NCBI GenBank assembly: GCA_029242325.1
Contig: JAQWUD010000010.1
Coordinates: forward strand, 15,379 to 79,378
Length of the DNA: 64,000 nt
Direction: 5' to 3'
Source of the DNA: Luminiphilus sp.
Lineage (GTDB): Bacteria > Pseudomonadota > Gammaproteobacteria > Pseudomonadales > Halieaceae
Part shown: positions 20,736 to 30,888 of the stretch, one piece after another
Layout of the letters: each line of letters starts with the position of its first letter
Position numbering within the stretch: position 1 is the stretch's first letter
Made by a program: the position numbers and the translations under genes
Notes under the pieces: model-generated
What the model saw: only the letters and a program-made list of their open reading frames with translations
What the model was told of the DNA's origin: nothing
The model's database searches: none

Positions 20736-21359
20736 TTAGATTTCCTTGAGAGACAAAACCAGTGCTTCGGTGAATACCACCACGACCGTGTCGCCGAGAC
20801 GCACATTATCCAGCTTGGACATTTCGACGCCACCCACGGTATGCATCCTGCCGCGCGTATCTTTGATCATGACGTTACCGGCCCGGTCCATTGCTTCAAT
20901 CGTGCATACAGCGCGGATCAGGCGAGCAGCGCCTGCTGCGGTTAAAGCTGCGTCGTCCTCCGTACGGCCCATTTCACCCATTACCACCCACGGGTTGGCC
21001 TCCTCCTCAGCCGAAGGTGCGCGCACCTCAGCCTCTATGGAGGCAACGTAGTCGGCGATAATCGTGTCGCCCGGTGCGATTTTTGACAGGTCAACACCGT
21101 CTTCCCGCGCGCTCAATGTGACGAAGTTTCCAGCGGGGCCGCGAACCACAACCTCGCGGGTCTCCATGTCTACAGCAATGACCTCGCCCTCAACCTCGGC
21201 AACGATGGCCCGGCTACCAGATGCCCAAACGACATCGTCTCCTGTCACTTCAGCCGCAACGGCATGCTCTCCACCCTCATGATGGGCAGCCCAGAGGGGT
21301 GTCGGTATCAGCGCCAGAGTGGCAACAAGCGCCAGTGAAGCTTGAGTTAACATTCTCAT
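20736..21359 (-). CDS. Secreted hypothetical protein with two tandem beta-rich repeats and a His-rich mature N-terminus
   Basis: Signal peptide MRMLTQASLALVATLALIPTPLWA followed by AHHEGGEH. Two repeats of about 60 aa share the pattern G.V..(V/M)D......(V/M).(V/I)....G....(L/V).......(L/M)SK(I/L)..(V/A)..GD(T)(V/I)...... Confidence 0.6.
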   Translation of the reverse strand: MRMLTQASLALVATLALIPTPLWAAHHEGGEHAVAAEVTGDDVVWASGSRAIVAEVEGEVIAVDMETREVVVRGPAGNFVTLSAREDGVDLSKIAPGDTIIADYVASIEAEVRAPSAEEEANPWVVMGEMGRTEDDAALTAAGAARLIRAVCTIEAMDRAGNVMIKDTRGRMHTVGGVEMSKLDNVRLGDTVVVVFTEALVLSLKEI

Positions 21360-21485
21360 GATTTGGTTCCTTCCTTAGTGATAGGCAGCTCAATCAGCCC
21401 ATTGAGCTGATGCAGAGCGCGACACCTTACCTGAATCGTCGCGATCCTAAAAGCGCGCCGTCTCAGACTGTCACATCAAGCTGTT

Positions 21486-22256
21486 TCAGGCTGTATTCTT
21501 CCATTCACGTACCGCAGCGAAGACACCATCTTCCGTGTCTTCTAACAGTCGCTCTTGCTTAAGTAGTGTGTGGCGTATGGCGTCACTGTCCCAGCGCAAG
21601 AACGGGTTGTACCCAATCTCCTCACCGATCAAGGAGGGTACGGTGGGGATGTTGTCGCGCCTTTTATCCTCGCATGCCCGTAACTTCTCCCTCAGCATCT
21701 GATTGCCGGGCTCGACTTGCAGCGCGAATCGCAGGTTGGCCAATGTATATTCATGGGCACAAAATGCACGTGTGTCACTGGGCAACTGAGCTAGCTTTTT
21801 TAGGGACGCGCGCATTTGGGGCGCCGTGCCCTCAAATACACGTCCACACCCGCCAACAAAAAGCGTGTCACCACAGAATAATGCCTTTTCGAACTCACTG
21901 AAGTAGGCAATATGATCAAGCGTATGGCCGGGTACAGCCAGCACGTCAAAAGTTGTTCCCAATACTTCAACGGTATCCCCCTCCGCGAGCATGTAATCAA
22001 AAGGCCCGGCGGGGCTGCCTGAAGGACCCCACAGAATGCAGCCGGTTTCGTCCTTGAGGCGTGACACGGCACCCGTGTGATCGTGGTGGTGGTGTGTAAT
22101 CAAGATGTCCGTCAAATCAACCTGTCGCTCTGATAGCGCCCTGAGAACGGGTTCGGGCTCACCCGGATCAACCACCACTGCCGATTTGCCGCTTTGAACT
22201 AACCAGATATAGTTGTCGCTGAACGCTGGAATGGGGGATATAGTCAGCATTGTCAT
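21486..22256 (-). CDS. gloB: Hydroxyacylglutathione hydrolase (glyoxalase II)
   Basis: 256 aa with the metallo-beta-lactamase motif ITHHHHDHTG and the N-terminus SPIPAFSDNYIWL. It is divergent from a yafS-like gene, as in E. coli. Confidence 0.93.
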   Translation of the reverse strand: MTMLTISPIPAFSDNYIWLVQSGKSAVVVDPGEPEPVLRALSERQVDLTDILITHHHHDHTGAVSRLKDETGCILWGPSGSPAGPFDYMLAEGDTVEVLGTTFDVLAVPGHTLDHIAYFSEFEKALFCGDTLFVGGCGRVFEGTAPQMRASLKKLAQLPSDTRAFCAHEYTLANLRFALQVEPGNQMLREKLRACEDKRRDNIPTVPSLIGEEIGYNPFLRWDSDAIRHTLLKQERLLEDTEDGVFAAVREWKNTA

Positions 22257-22297
22257 AATTCTTCACACCCGCGCGAGAGAGGACGGAAGACTACCCT

Positions 22298-23119
22298 TTG
22301 CTCATGAATGTGAACAGCCCCCTGTCGACAGAGATCTCCAACCATCAGGCAATTTCAAATTGGTACCGCGAGAGACGTATTGGAAACAGGCTAACGCAAC
22401 AGATTGATGAGATTCTCAGCAGCCAGTTAGAGCAAGTTTTTGGCTACCATATGCTCGTCTCTGGCGGAGACATTGGGCTGGATTTTAGTCGCTTGAGTAA
22501 GACACAGCGCGTGTTTTATTTAAGCAGTAAGCTGGCGTCTCACCCGCATACTCAGGCGGTTGTCGGTTCATCGAGCGAGGTACCCTTTGCGACTGACTCA
22601 GTCGACGCGCTCGTGCTCTGCCATACGCTGGACGCCTCCGCGGCCCCCCATCATGTGTTGCGAGAGTGCCAACGCATTCTGGTACCGAATGGCCACCTGT
22701 TTGTCATTAATTTCAACCCAATGAGTCCCTGGGGCTTAGGGAACTTAACGAGGCGGATGTTGCGATGGCGCGCTGGCAGGATGCGTGCCGTCAGCAGTAA
22801 ACGGTTGCGTGATTGGCTCTCGTTGTTGGGGTTCTCGTATGCTGATCCGGAATACCTGTCAACCGCAGCGCCTCCCGGGAGCGGCAAGATGAGCCGCCTT
22901 CTGGATGGCTTCGATCGATGGCTGACGAAACATAATGCGCCCACCGGCTGCGCTTATTTGATACACGCCCGTAAACGAGTTGCTGATCATCTTCATGTCG
23001 CCAGCCAGAATGTTGAAAGACCTAGACTGATTGCGATCCCCCTCGGAAAGACACATGAGGGTTTGCCGGTGCCGAGGCAGGGCGGGGCACTGATTTCCGA
23101 CTCACTCGACGGGACATGA
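22298..23119 (+). CDS. Class I SAM-dependent methyltransferase, YafS-like
   Basis: 273 aa. It occupies the YafS position (gloB / yafS-rnhA-dnaQ). The segment [11 protein letters not shown]...[21 protein letters not shown] fits a methyltransferase fold. Its stop overlaps the rnhA start (ATGA). Confidence 0.7.
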   Translation: MLMNVNSPLSTEISNHQAISNWYRERRIGNRLTQQIDEILSSQLEQVFGYHMLVSGGDIGLDFSRLSKTQRVFYLSSKLASHPHTQAVVGSSSEVPFATDSVDALVLCHTLDASAAPHHVLRECQRILVPNGHLFVINFNPMSPWGLGNLTRRMLRWRAGRMRAVSSKRLRDWLSLLGFSYADPEYLSTAAPPGSGKMSRLLDGFDRWLTKHNAPTGCAYLIHARKRVADHLHVASQNVERPRLIAIPLGKTHEGLPVPRQGGALISDSLDGT

Positions 23120-23568
23120 TGAAACACGTCGAGGCCTTCACAGATGGTGCGTGCAGCGGGAACCCGGGTCCGGGAGGCTGGGGTGCCGTGCTGCGCTCTG
23201 GCCACCATGAGCGGGAGTTGTGCGGAGGTGAGCTGCATACCACCAATAATCGAATGGAGCTAACCGCAGCGATTGAAGCGCTGAAGGCATTGAAAGAGCC
23301 GTGCCGGATCACATTGACTACCGACTCGACGTACGTCAAGGACGGCATCACTCAGTGGCTTGCAAACTGGAAGAAAAATGGCTGGAGAACAGCAGCTAAA
23401 AAACCAGTGAAGAACCAAGAGCTGTGGCAGCTGCTTGATGCGCAGACTTCGCGTCATGACGTGAAATGGTGCTGGGTAAAGGGGCATAGCGGTCACCCCG
23501 AGAATGAGAGGGCCGATGCGCTCGCCAATCAGGGCATGGCCGAAATCAAAGAGGGCCCTAATGGATAG
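23116..23568 (+). CDS. rnhA: Ribonuclease HI
   Basis: 150 aa with [33 protein letters not shown] and [18 protein letters not shown]. Confidence 0.96.
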   Translation: MMKHVEAFTDGACSGNPGPGGWGAVLRSGHHERELCGGELHTTNNRMELTAAIEALKALKEPCRITLTTDSTYVKDGITQWLANWKKNGWRTAAKKPVKNQELWQLLDAQTSRHDVKWCWVKGHSGHPENERADALANQGMAEIKEGPNG

Positions 23569-24292
23569 GCGACAGATCGTTCTGGACACCGAGACTACGG
23601 GGCTGGAGGTCTCCCAGGGCCACAAAATCATCGAGATTGGCTGCGTTGAGCTAGTCAATCGGCGCATCACGGGTCGGTACTATCATCAATACATTCATCC
23701 TGAGAGGGAGATAGATGCCGGCGCTATGGAGGTCCACGGTATCACCCTTGAATTTTTGGCGGGCAAGCCCATCTTCCCCCAGATCGCCGAGGAGTTTCTC
23801 GAATTTGTCCAAGGGGCTGAACTTGTCATTCATAACGCACCGTTCGATGTGGGCTTTCTCGATTCGGAGTTAAGCGAGCTGGAGGAGAGTCCCACGTTAT
23901 TTTCTGCGCGGTGCAGTGTGGTGGATACGCTCCAGATGGCGCGTCATAAGCATCCCGGGCAACGAAACAACCTGGATGCCCTTTGCCAACGCTACGAGAT
24001 TGATAACACCAGCAGGACGCTGCATGGCGCACTGTTAGACGCTGAAATTCTCGCCGAAGTGTATCTGTCGATGACGGGTGGCCAGGCGTCGCTTGGGCTG
24101 TCTGCCGACGCCTCAGATAGCATGTCGGCTGCTGGGGGACTCACTGCTGCAGATATCCGCCGGGTGCCCAGCGACAGGCCACAGTTGCCTGTTATCAGAG
24201 CCTCTGAGGAAGAAATGCAGCGTCATGACGCCCGCCTCGCCGAGCTTGATCAATCGGCGGGCGAGGCACTGTGGAGGTCCAGCGAGCGCTAG
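23561..24292 (+). CDS. dnaQ: DNA polymerase III epsilon (proofreading 3'-5' exonuclease) subunit
   Basis: The ATG at 23561 gives [15 protein letters not shown] (ExoI), then [12 protein letters not shown] (ExoII) and [14 protein letters not shown] (ExoIII). It overlaps rnhA by 8 nt. Confidence 0.93.
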   Translation: MDRRQIVLDTETTGLEVSQGHKIIEIGCVELVNRRITGRYYHQYIHPEREIDAGAMEVHGITLEFLAGKPIFPQIAEEFLEFVQGAELVIHNAPFDVGFLDSELSELEESPTLFSARCSVVDTLQMARHKHPGQRNNLDALCQRYEIDNTSRTLHGALLDAEILAEVYLSMTGGQASLGLSADASDSMSAAGGLTAADIRRVPSDRPQLPVIRASEEEMQRHDARLAELDQSAGEALWRSSER

Positions 24293-24296
24293 CGTC

Positions 24297-25802
24297 TCAC
24301 AGGGTCAGGGTGACAGCAGCGAAACCGACGACAGTCAACACGATGGTGTAGGGCAATGCCATAAGGACCATCTGTCCGTACGATAAACGAATCAGAGGCG
24401 CCAGCGCCGAGGTCAACAAGAACAGGAAAGCAGCCTGCCCATTTGGCGTAGCCACAGAGGGTAGGTTGGTGCCTGTGTTAATCGCGATCGCCAAACGATC
24501 AAATTCTGCGCGGTCGATCTCTCCCGCCTTGAGTGCAGCATCAATCTCGGATATGTAAACGGTTGCGACAAAGACGTTGTCAGAAATCGCCGACAACAGC
24601 CCGTTGGCGAGGAAGAACATTGCCGGTCTGACTTCACTCGGCATCGCCAACACAGATTCGATGACCGGAGTGAAAAGGTGCTGCTCGTGTATCACCGCAA
24701 CGATGGCGAAGAAAACCACCAACAACGCGGTGAAAGGCAGGGCCTCCTGAAATGCATGACCGATCTCATGCTCATCGGTTATGCCGTTAAACGCGGTCAG
24801 TAGGACTATGACCATCAGGCCAATCAGGCCGACCGAGGCTAAATGAAGGGCCAATCCAACCACCAAGATGGCTGCGACGACCGCCTGTATCCACAATTTT
24901 GCATTGGATCTGGAAGTGGAGGCAGCTTGCTGACCTTCGTCAAAGTTCACCAGCACTTGTCGGACATTCTCTGGCATTAGTGCACCGTATCCAAACCATC
25001 CAGTCATTTCGAGCAAGACACATGTAAGCAGGCCGCAAGCCAACACCGGCATTGTAATGGGAGCCATATGCAGGAAGAAGGTTTGAAAATCCCAACCCGC
25101 TACCGTCGCAATGAGGAGATTTTGTGGCTCCCCCACCAGCGTGCACACGCCCCCTAGTGCGGTACCCACCGCACCATGCATGAGCAGACTCCGTAAAAAC
25201 GCGCGGAAACGTTCAAGATCATCAGAGCAATCAGTCGAAACCGAGTCGTCTTGCGTGTGGTCGTGGCCTAATTCCGTGAGCGCAACTCCAGATGCAACGC
25301 GATGAAACACTGCATAAAAACCGACGCCGACGCTGATGAGCACCGCGGTCACCGTCAGCGCGTCCAAAAACGCCGAAAGAAACGCAGCAACAATAGAAAA
25401 GAGAAACGACAGGAGCTTTTTTGAGCGCACGTTAAGCAATATTTTGGTAAATACGAACAGCAGCAGATCTTTCATGAAATAGATCCCAGCCACCATGAAC
25501 ATGAGCAGCAGGATGACCTCAAAGTTAGCCTCCGCCTCGTGATAGACCGAGTGAGGCTGAGCGAGCCCCAGGATGATCGCCTCAATAGCGAGCAAGCCTC
25601 CGGGCTGTAGCGGATAGCACCTGAGCGCAAGCGCAAGCGTAAAGATGAACTCTGCAATCAGTAGCCAGCCGCCCACTACCGGACCGGCGACTGCTAACAC
25701 AATTGGATTAAGTACGAGAAAGCCAATGATGGTTTGCTTGTACCAGACGGGGGAGTCACCGAGAAAATTATTCCACAGCGCACTGATCGGGGATTCACTC
25801 AT
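24297..25802 (-). CDS. nhaB: Na+/H+ antiporter NhaB
   Basis: 501 aa. The N-terminus [26 protein letters not shown] parallels E. coli NhaB. Polytopic membrane protein. Confidence 0.92.
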   Translation of the reverse strand: MSESPISALWNNFLGDSPVWYKQTIIGFLVLNPIVLAVAGPVVGGWLLIAEFIFTLALALRCYPLQPGGLLAIEAIILGLAQPHSVYHEAEANFEVILLLMFMVAGIYFMKDLLLFVFTKILLNVRSKKLLSFLFSIVAAFLSAFLDALTVTAVLISVGVGFYAVFHRVASGVALTELGHDHTQDDSVSTDCSDDLERFRAFLRSLLMHGAVGTALGGVCTLVGEPQNLLIATVAGWDFQTFFLHMAPITMPVLACGLLTCVLLEMTGWFGYGALMPENVRQVLVNFDEGQQAASTSRSNAKLWIQAVVAAILVVGLALHLASVGLIGLMVIVLLTAFNGITDEHEIGHAFQEALPFTALLVVFFAIVAVIHEQHLFTPVIESVLAMPSEVRPAMFFLANGLLSAISDNVFVATVYISEIDAALKAGEIDRAEFDRLAIAINTGTNLPSVATPNGQAAFLFLLTSALAPLIRLSYGQMVLMALPYTIVLTVVGFAAVTLTL

Positions 25803-25956
25803 GTCAGATTGTCCAGTCTCTAATAATGGGGGTGATGCAGCTTCCCTGCCTTATTGTCGGGGCGTTGCACTCTGCTCTCGACCGGCACTTTATACCGTAC
25901 AGGGAGCCACCGTACACGCCAACAGATAATTTACGACTTTTCTTTGCCCTGGGTTC

Positions 25957-26826
25957 TTGTACTCACTGCTTGGGCTTCCTAGACTGTGCCACCCCGCCAT
26001 TTCTCAGGACCCCGCTTTGCTGGATTTTTCTGTGTTACCAACTCAACCGAGCCCGGAAGACTTGGGCGTAGTGTTTGCTGGACGAAATACCGTCACCTCT
26101 CTGCGTGGAGAGCCTGGCGCTCCCTGGAGGGTCAGTGAAATTTGTCAGCTCTGGGATACGCCCCTGTCCGGGGCCGTGCCAGTGGGTCAGTGGCAGGGAC
26201 AGGCTCTGTGGGCTTTTTCGATCGCCGAAGAGGCCGTCGATCCCGGGGAGCAAATCGCTGGCAATCTTTACGGGCTCCTGGGCAGGGTCGAGGAACCGCT
26301 CTTTCATGCACACGGACGCGCATATCAGCTACTGCATTGGTTGGACACACATCGTCATTGCGGACGTTGCGGAGCTCAGACGCAAGTTGCCGAGGGGGGC
26401 AGAGCGTTACTGTGCAGTCAGTGCGCCCTCCAGGTGTATCCGCGTGTATCACCCTGCGTCATCGTATTGGTGAGCAAAGGTGAGAAACTGTTATTGGCGG
26501 CTGCAGTAGGATTTCAGAAGCGCTTCTACAGTACGCTGGCGGGCTTTATGGAGCCCGGTGAAACCTGCGAAGAGGCAGTCCGACGTGAAGTCAAGGAGGA
26601 GGTCGGCATAGAAGTAGGCAACGTGCGATATTTCGGATCTCAACCATGGCCGTTTCCCAGTCAGGTCATGCTGGGGTTCTTCGCCGAATGGGAGTCTGGC
26701 GAATTGGAGCTCTGCCCCGATGAGATCGAGGACGCTGACTGGTTTGATGCGAGCGCTCTGCCACCGACGCCCCCCATCGCCTCAATTTCGGGTCAGTTGA
26801 TCCGCCGCTTTATTGAGACGCTTTAA
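25957..26826 (+). CDS. nudC: NAD+ diphosphatase (NADH pyrophosphatase) NudC; start uncertain
   Basis: Zinc ribbon CGRCGAQT...CSQC, Nudix box GFMEPGETCEEAVRREVKEEVG and SQPWPFPSQ. The track start is a TTG. In-frame GTG codons at 26032 or 26071 would give a length closer to E. coli NudC. Confidence 0.88.
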   Translation: MYSLLGLPRLCHPAISQDPALLDFSVLPTQPSPEDLGVVFAGRNTVTSLRGEPGAPWRVSEICQLWDTPLSGAVPVGQWQGQALWAFSIAEEAVDPGEQIAGNLYGLLGRVEEPLFHAHGRAYQLLHWLDTHRHCGRCGAQTQVAEGGRALLCSQCALQVYPRVSPCVIVLVSKGEKLLLAAAVGFQKRFYSTLAGFMEPGETCEEAVRREVKEEVGIEVGNVRYFGSQPWPFPSQVMLGFFAEWESGELELCPDEIEDADWFDASALPPTPPIASISGQLIRRFIETL

Positions 26827-26855
26827 CCGCCACTTACTTGGAATCGATCACTGCT

Positions 26856-27920
26856 ATGGAATTCATTCTGGACATCGCGGAATTTTTGCTTCAAGCCGTC
26901 ATTTTGCTCGGCGTATTTCTAATCGCCTTTGCTGGGGTGGTCGCGATCAGTCAGCGGAGGCGCGGCGCAGCCGAGGAGGGCACCGTTGAGGCAAAATCAC
27001 TAAATGAGCGATACGAATCCCAACAGGACGCCATCAGGGTAATCGTCGAGGACCCAGCCTTGCTGAAGGCGAGGGACAAGGCACTGAAAAAGGAAAAAAA
27101 ACAAAAAGAGAAGGCCGCCAAGCGGGCGCTCAAATTACGCACAGAAGATGATGGGGAACCTGATCGTCCTCGACTTTACGTGCTCGACTTCGACGGCGAC
27201 ATTCAGGCCAGCCAGGTAGACCAATTGCGCGAGGAAATATCAGCCGTGCTTCAGGTGGCCAAGGCGACCGACGAAGTGCTGTTGCGCCTCGAGAGCGGGG
27301 GTGGGGCAGTGCATGGTTACGGGCTTGCCGCGAGTCAGTTGGTGAGGCTAACCGATGCACATATCAAGCTGACTGTCTCGGTAGACAAAGTCGCTGCGAG
27401 TGGGGGTTATATGATGGCCTGTGTCGCCGACCATATTATCGCGGCACCCTTTGCGATTATCGGCTCCATCGGCGTTGTGGCACAACTTCCTAACTTTCAC
27501 CGCTTGCTGAAAAAGAATGATATCGATTTCGAGATACATACTGCCGGTGAATTCAAGCGCACGTTAACGCTTTTCGGCGAGAACACGGACAAAGCGCGAG
27601 AAAAGTTTCAGGCAGATATTGACGACGTTCACGTCATGTTTAAAGAGTTTGTCGCAGCCAGCAGACCGGTTGTGCCTATCGATGAGGTCAGTACCGGCGA
27701 GTACTGGTTTGGGCAGAGGGCTTTAGAAAAAAATCTCGTGGACCAGCTCTGCACATCTGATGCGTTTTTGCTCGAACGCCTCGACAGCGCCGACTTGATT
27801 GAAGTTCGTTTCAGAGCAAAACGAAATTGGCAAGAGCGCTTGGGTATGGCGGCCGATACTCTCGTGGCGAGAGCCTTCAAGCGACTGTTACAGTCCGAAC
27901 AAGACCAACGCTACCTGTAG
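26856..27920 (+). CDS. sohB: Inner-membrane peptidase SohB (S49 family)
   Basis: The ATG at 26856 gives MEFILDIAEFLLQAVILLGVF, an N-terminal TM segment as in SohB. It also has a Lys-rich linker and the catalytic Ser context VDKVAASGGYMMA. Confidence 0.9.
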   Translation: MEFILDIAEFLLQAVILLGVFLIAFAGVVAISQRRRGAAEEGTVEAKSLNERYESQQDAIRVIVEDPALLKARDKALKKEKKQKEKAAKRALKLRTEDDGEPDRPRLYVLDFDGDIQASQVDQLREEISAVLQVAKATDEVLLRLESGGGAVHGYGLAASQLVRLTDAHIKLTVSVDKVAASGGYMMACVADHIIAAPFAIIGSIGVVAQLPNFHRLLKKNDIDFEIHTAGEFKRTLTLFGENTDKAREKFQADIDDVHVMFKEFVAASRPVVPIDEVSTGEYWFGQRALEKNLVDQLCTSDAFLLERLDSADLIEVRFRAKRNWQERLGMAADTLVARAFKRLLQSEQDQRYL

Positions 27921-27924
27921 GCGC

Positions 27925-29640
27925 TTAGGGCTCGATCAGCAGCAGCGCGGTTTCTGCGGCATGCTGTGACAGAAAGATCTCCCCCGTGAGGTGGTCCAGA
28001 AAATCACTCCGGCTCAGCGCGTCCATGACAGGACCTTTTACCTCGCTCAAGTGCAGCGTAATACTGAACTCGGAAAGCCGCGTATTGATCTCCTCAAGTG
28101 CATCCAGAGCACTCAGGTCGATCCTATTTACTGCGGGGCACATCAGGACCACGTGACTGAGGTCCGGCTTTCCCGCTACTTCCTCGAATACGATCTCTTC
28201 CAGATAAGCGGCATTCGCAAAGTAAAGCGATTCATCTACTCGAATAGACAGGATGTGCGAATGTGTCATGACGTCATGGCGTTTAACGTTGCGATAATGC
28301 TCTGAGTTGGGGACCCGACCCACGACGGCAAAGTGTGGTGCGCTTGTCTGGTATAAATGTAGGGCGATGGAGACCGTAACACCGGTCAATACCCCTAGCT
28401 CCACCCCAGCCATCAGGGTAATCAAAATGGTGAGCGCAACCGCGGCAAAATCGGCCAAAGAAAAACGGCGTGCTTGCCGCAGAACGTCTAGGTCAATCAG
28501 ACTCAACACCGCAACAATAATGGTCGCCGCCAACACCGCTTTGGGAAGGAAAAATAGCGCTGGGGTCAAAAATAATGCGGCTAAGCCAATGCCAGCAGCG
28601 GCGAAAATGGAGGCCATTTGCGTATCCGCACCGGCGTCAAAGTTGACCACCGAGCGAGAAAATCCACCGGTGACAGGGAACCCAGCGGAGAACGCTGATG
28701 CCACATTGGCAGCCCCCAGGCCAATCAATTCCTGATTGGGGTCGATGCGCTGGCGTCGTTTGGCGGCTAGAGTCTTGCCGACGGAAACCGACTCTACAAA
28801 GCCAATAAGGGCGATCAGAAATGCCGGCACTGCAAGTTCAGTTATGAGTGACCAACTCACATTGGGCATGCTGAACGCGGGCATTCCGCTCGGCACATAG
28901 CCGACGACCGGAACACCCAGTGCGGCATAATCCTGAGCAGCGGAGAGCGGAATCACTATTAACATGATGATGACGGGCGCAGCTCGAGTAATTAGGCTCG
29001 CCAATCTTTGCCTGAGACCACAAAATATCAGGAGCCTTGAGAGGTGGAAGCGCGCAAAAAGCAAAAATGCGATGCAGGCGATACCAATAACGCCGGTAAA
29101 AAAATGCATTTGCTCCCACTGCACCCTTAGACCAACAAGTAAGTGGGGAAGGGTATCACCGCGCAGTGATATACCGATTAGCGGTCCCAGCTGACTCAAC
29201 GCAATAATGATGCCGGAAGCTGTAATAAAACCGGAGACAACGGGGTGTGACAAAAAGTTAGCGACGAATCCAAACTTGAGCAGCCCCAAAGCCACCAGCA
29301 TCACCCCACCCAATAGGGCGAGTGCTGTAGCCGCAGTGGCGTAATCTACCACGCCCTGCGCGCTTACCGATCCAATTGCAGACGCTGTCATCAGTGACAC
29401 TACCGCTACCGGACCTACAGACAATGTGCGACTACTGCCAAACAGCGCATAAGCGATCAGCGGCAGAATGCAGGCATATAGCCCCATCTCAGCAGGCAGA
29501 CCCGCCAACAGGGCATACGCCAAAGACTGTGGGATCAGCATAATGGTAACGATGACTGCGGCGATGCAGTCATTAACGAGGTTACCGCTCGAGTAGCCCG
29601 AAAGCCACTCCGTCACGGGAAGGACAGAGGACAAGCGCAC
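27925..29640 (-). CDS. SulP family anion transporter with C-terminal STAS domain
   Basis: 571 aa with a GTG start. The N-terminus WLSGYSSGNLVNDCIAAVIVTIMLIPQSLAYALLAGLP is typical SulP, and a C-terminal STAS-like segment is present (VVLMCPAVNRIDLSALDALEE). It lies 8 nt downstream of sqr. Confidence 0.9.
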   Translation of the reverse strand: MRLSSVLPVTEWLSGYSSGNLVNDCIAAVIVTIMLIPQSLAYALLAGLPAEMGLYACILPLIAYALFGSSRTLSVGPVAVVSLMTASAIGSVSAQGVVDYATAATALALLGGVMLVALGLLKFGFVANFLSHPVVSGFITASGIIIALSQLGPLIGISLRGDTLPHLLVGLRVQWEQMHFFTGVIGIACIAFLLFARFHLSRLLIFCGLRQRLASLITRAAPVIIMLIVIPLSAAQDYAALGVPVVGYVPSGMPAFSMPNVSWSLITELAVPAFLIALIGFVESVSVGKTLAAKRRQRIDPNQELIGLGAANVASAFSAGFPVTGGFSRSVVNFDAGADTQMASIFAAAGIGLAALFLTPALFFLPKAVLAATIIVAVLSLIDLDVLRQARRFSLADFAAVALTILITLMAGVELGVLTGVTVSIALHLYQTSAPHFAVVGRVPNSEHYRNVKRHDVMTHSHILSIRVDESLYFANAAYLEEIVFEEVAGKPDLSHVVLMCPAVNRIDLSALDALEEINTRLSEFSITLHLSEVKGPVMDALSRSDFLDHLTGEIFLSQHAAETALLLIEP

Positions 29641-29648
29641 GGTAGGCG

Positions 29649-30869
29649 TTAGGGTCTCGTTTCGGTTTTAAGCATCCATTCGTGTCCCTTTAGCATGGCA
29701 TTCCAATAGATCCACGGCAGCATGTCAGCCTTCAAATGCCAGGCCAGACGCGTGGGCCGCAAGCCGTTAAGCACTGCCTTGGGGAAAGTGGGAAGTAATT
29801 TGCCTCCGTAGCCAAATTCCGCCAGCACAATTTTTCCTCGCTCAACCGTTAGCGGGCAAGAGCCGTAGCCATTGTAAATGCGAGAGCCACCTCGGTTAGC
29901 GCGGCACGCTAGCAGGTTTTCCGCTACCACGGGCGCCTGCGCTCTGGCCGCGGCGGCGGTTTTTGCATTGGGTGCACTCATCGCATCGCCGCACGACCAG
30001 ATATTCTGATAGCGGTTGTGCTGTAGCGTATCCTGATTAACGTCGACCCAGCCCGCGTCGTCTGCCAGCGGCGAGCTGGAAATAAAATCAGGGGCGCACT
30101 GGGGAGGGCACACATGAATCATATCGAAAGGCTTGTCGATTTCCCCTTCTGGGCTATCAAATGTCGCAACCCTCTCTTCGCCGTTGATCCGCTTGAGTGT
30201 GGTTTGGAAATTCAAATGCGCGCCATAACGCTCCACATACTCCATCAGCGCCGGCACGTAATCGGCTACGCCAAACAGGCCCGGCGTGGCAGTGGAAAAG
30301 TCGATTTCGATATCCTTCAGACACCCTTGCGAGTGCCAATGATCTGCTGATAAATACATCGCCTTTTGCGGCGCTCCCGCACACTTGATGGGCATAGGGG
30401 GTTGGGTGAAAAGCGCTCTACCGGCCTGAAGATTTTGGACCAATTCCCATGTATAGGGCGCTGTCGCGTAGGAATAGTTGGAGGTGACACCATTGCGACC
30501 GAGATTTTCAACAAGCCCCTCAACGCCCTCCCAGTTCAACTTGAGACCAGGCGCGACAACCAATTGTTCATAACGAACAGTGTCATGATTGTCGAGCTCG
30601 ATGGCGTTGTTTGCTGGATGAAAGTGCACCACCGATTGCCTGGTCCAAGTGCAGCCTGACGGAATCAAAGACGCCATCGTACGCGCTGTGGTCCCCGCGC
30701 TAAAAATGCCGCCCCCAACCATCGTCCATCCCGGCTGGTAATAGTGCTTCTCAGCAGGGTCGATCAAGCCGATCGAGAGGTCTGCTTGCCTCTTCTTGAG
30801 ACTGGCCGCTACGGCGAGTCCCGCAGCGCCAGCACCTACAATTGCAACGTCAAATTGCTGCTCGCTCAT
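29649..30869 (-). CDS. sqr: Sulfide:quinone oxidoreductase, type II-like
   Basis: 406 aa. FAD fold FDVAIVGAGAAGLA, HYYQPGWTMVGGG, and cysteines in the contexts IKCAGAPQK and GYGSCPLT that are typical of type II SQR. Confidence 0.85.
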   Translation of the reverse strand: MSEQQFDVAIVGAGAAGLAVAASLKKRQADLSIGLIDPAEKHYYQPGWTMVGGGIFSAGTTARTMASLIPSGCTWTRQSVVHFHPANNAIELDNHDTVRYEQLVVAPGLKLNWEGVEGLVENLGRNGVTSNYSYATAPYTWELVQNLQAGRALFTQPPMPIKCAGAPQKAMYLSADHWHSQGCLKDIEIDFSTATPGLFGVADYVPALMEYVERYGAHLNFQTTLKRINGEERVATFDSPEGEIDKPFDMIHVCPPQCAPDFISSSPLADDAGWVDVNQDTLQHNRYQNIWSCGDAMSAPNAKTAAAARAQAPVVAENLLACRANRGGSRIYNGYGSCPLTVERGKIVLAEFGYGGKLLPTFPKAVLNGLRPTRLAWHLKADMLPWIYWNAMLKGHEWMLKTETRP

Positions 30870-30888
30870 TCTTCATTCTCCCGATCCT

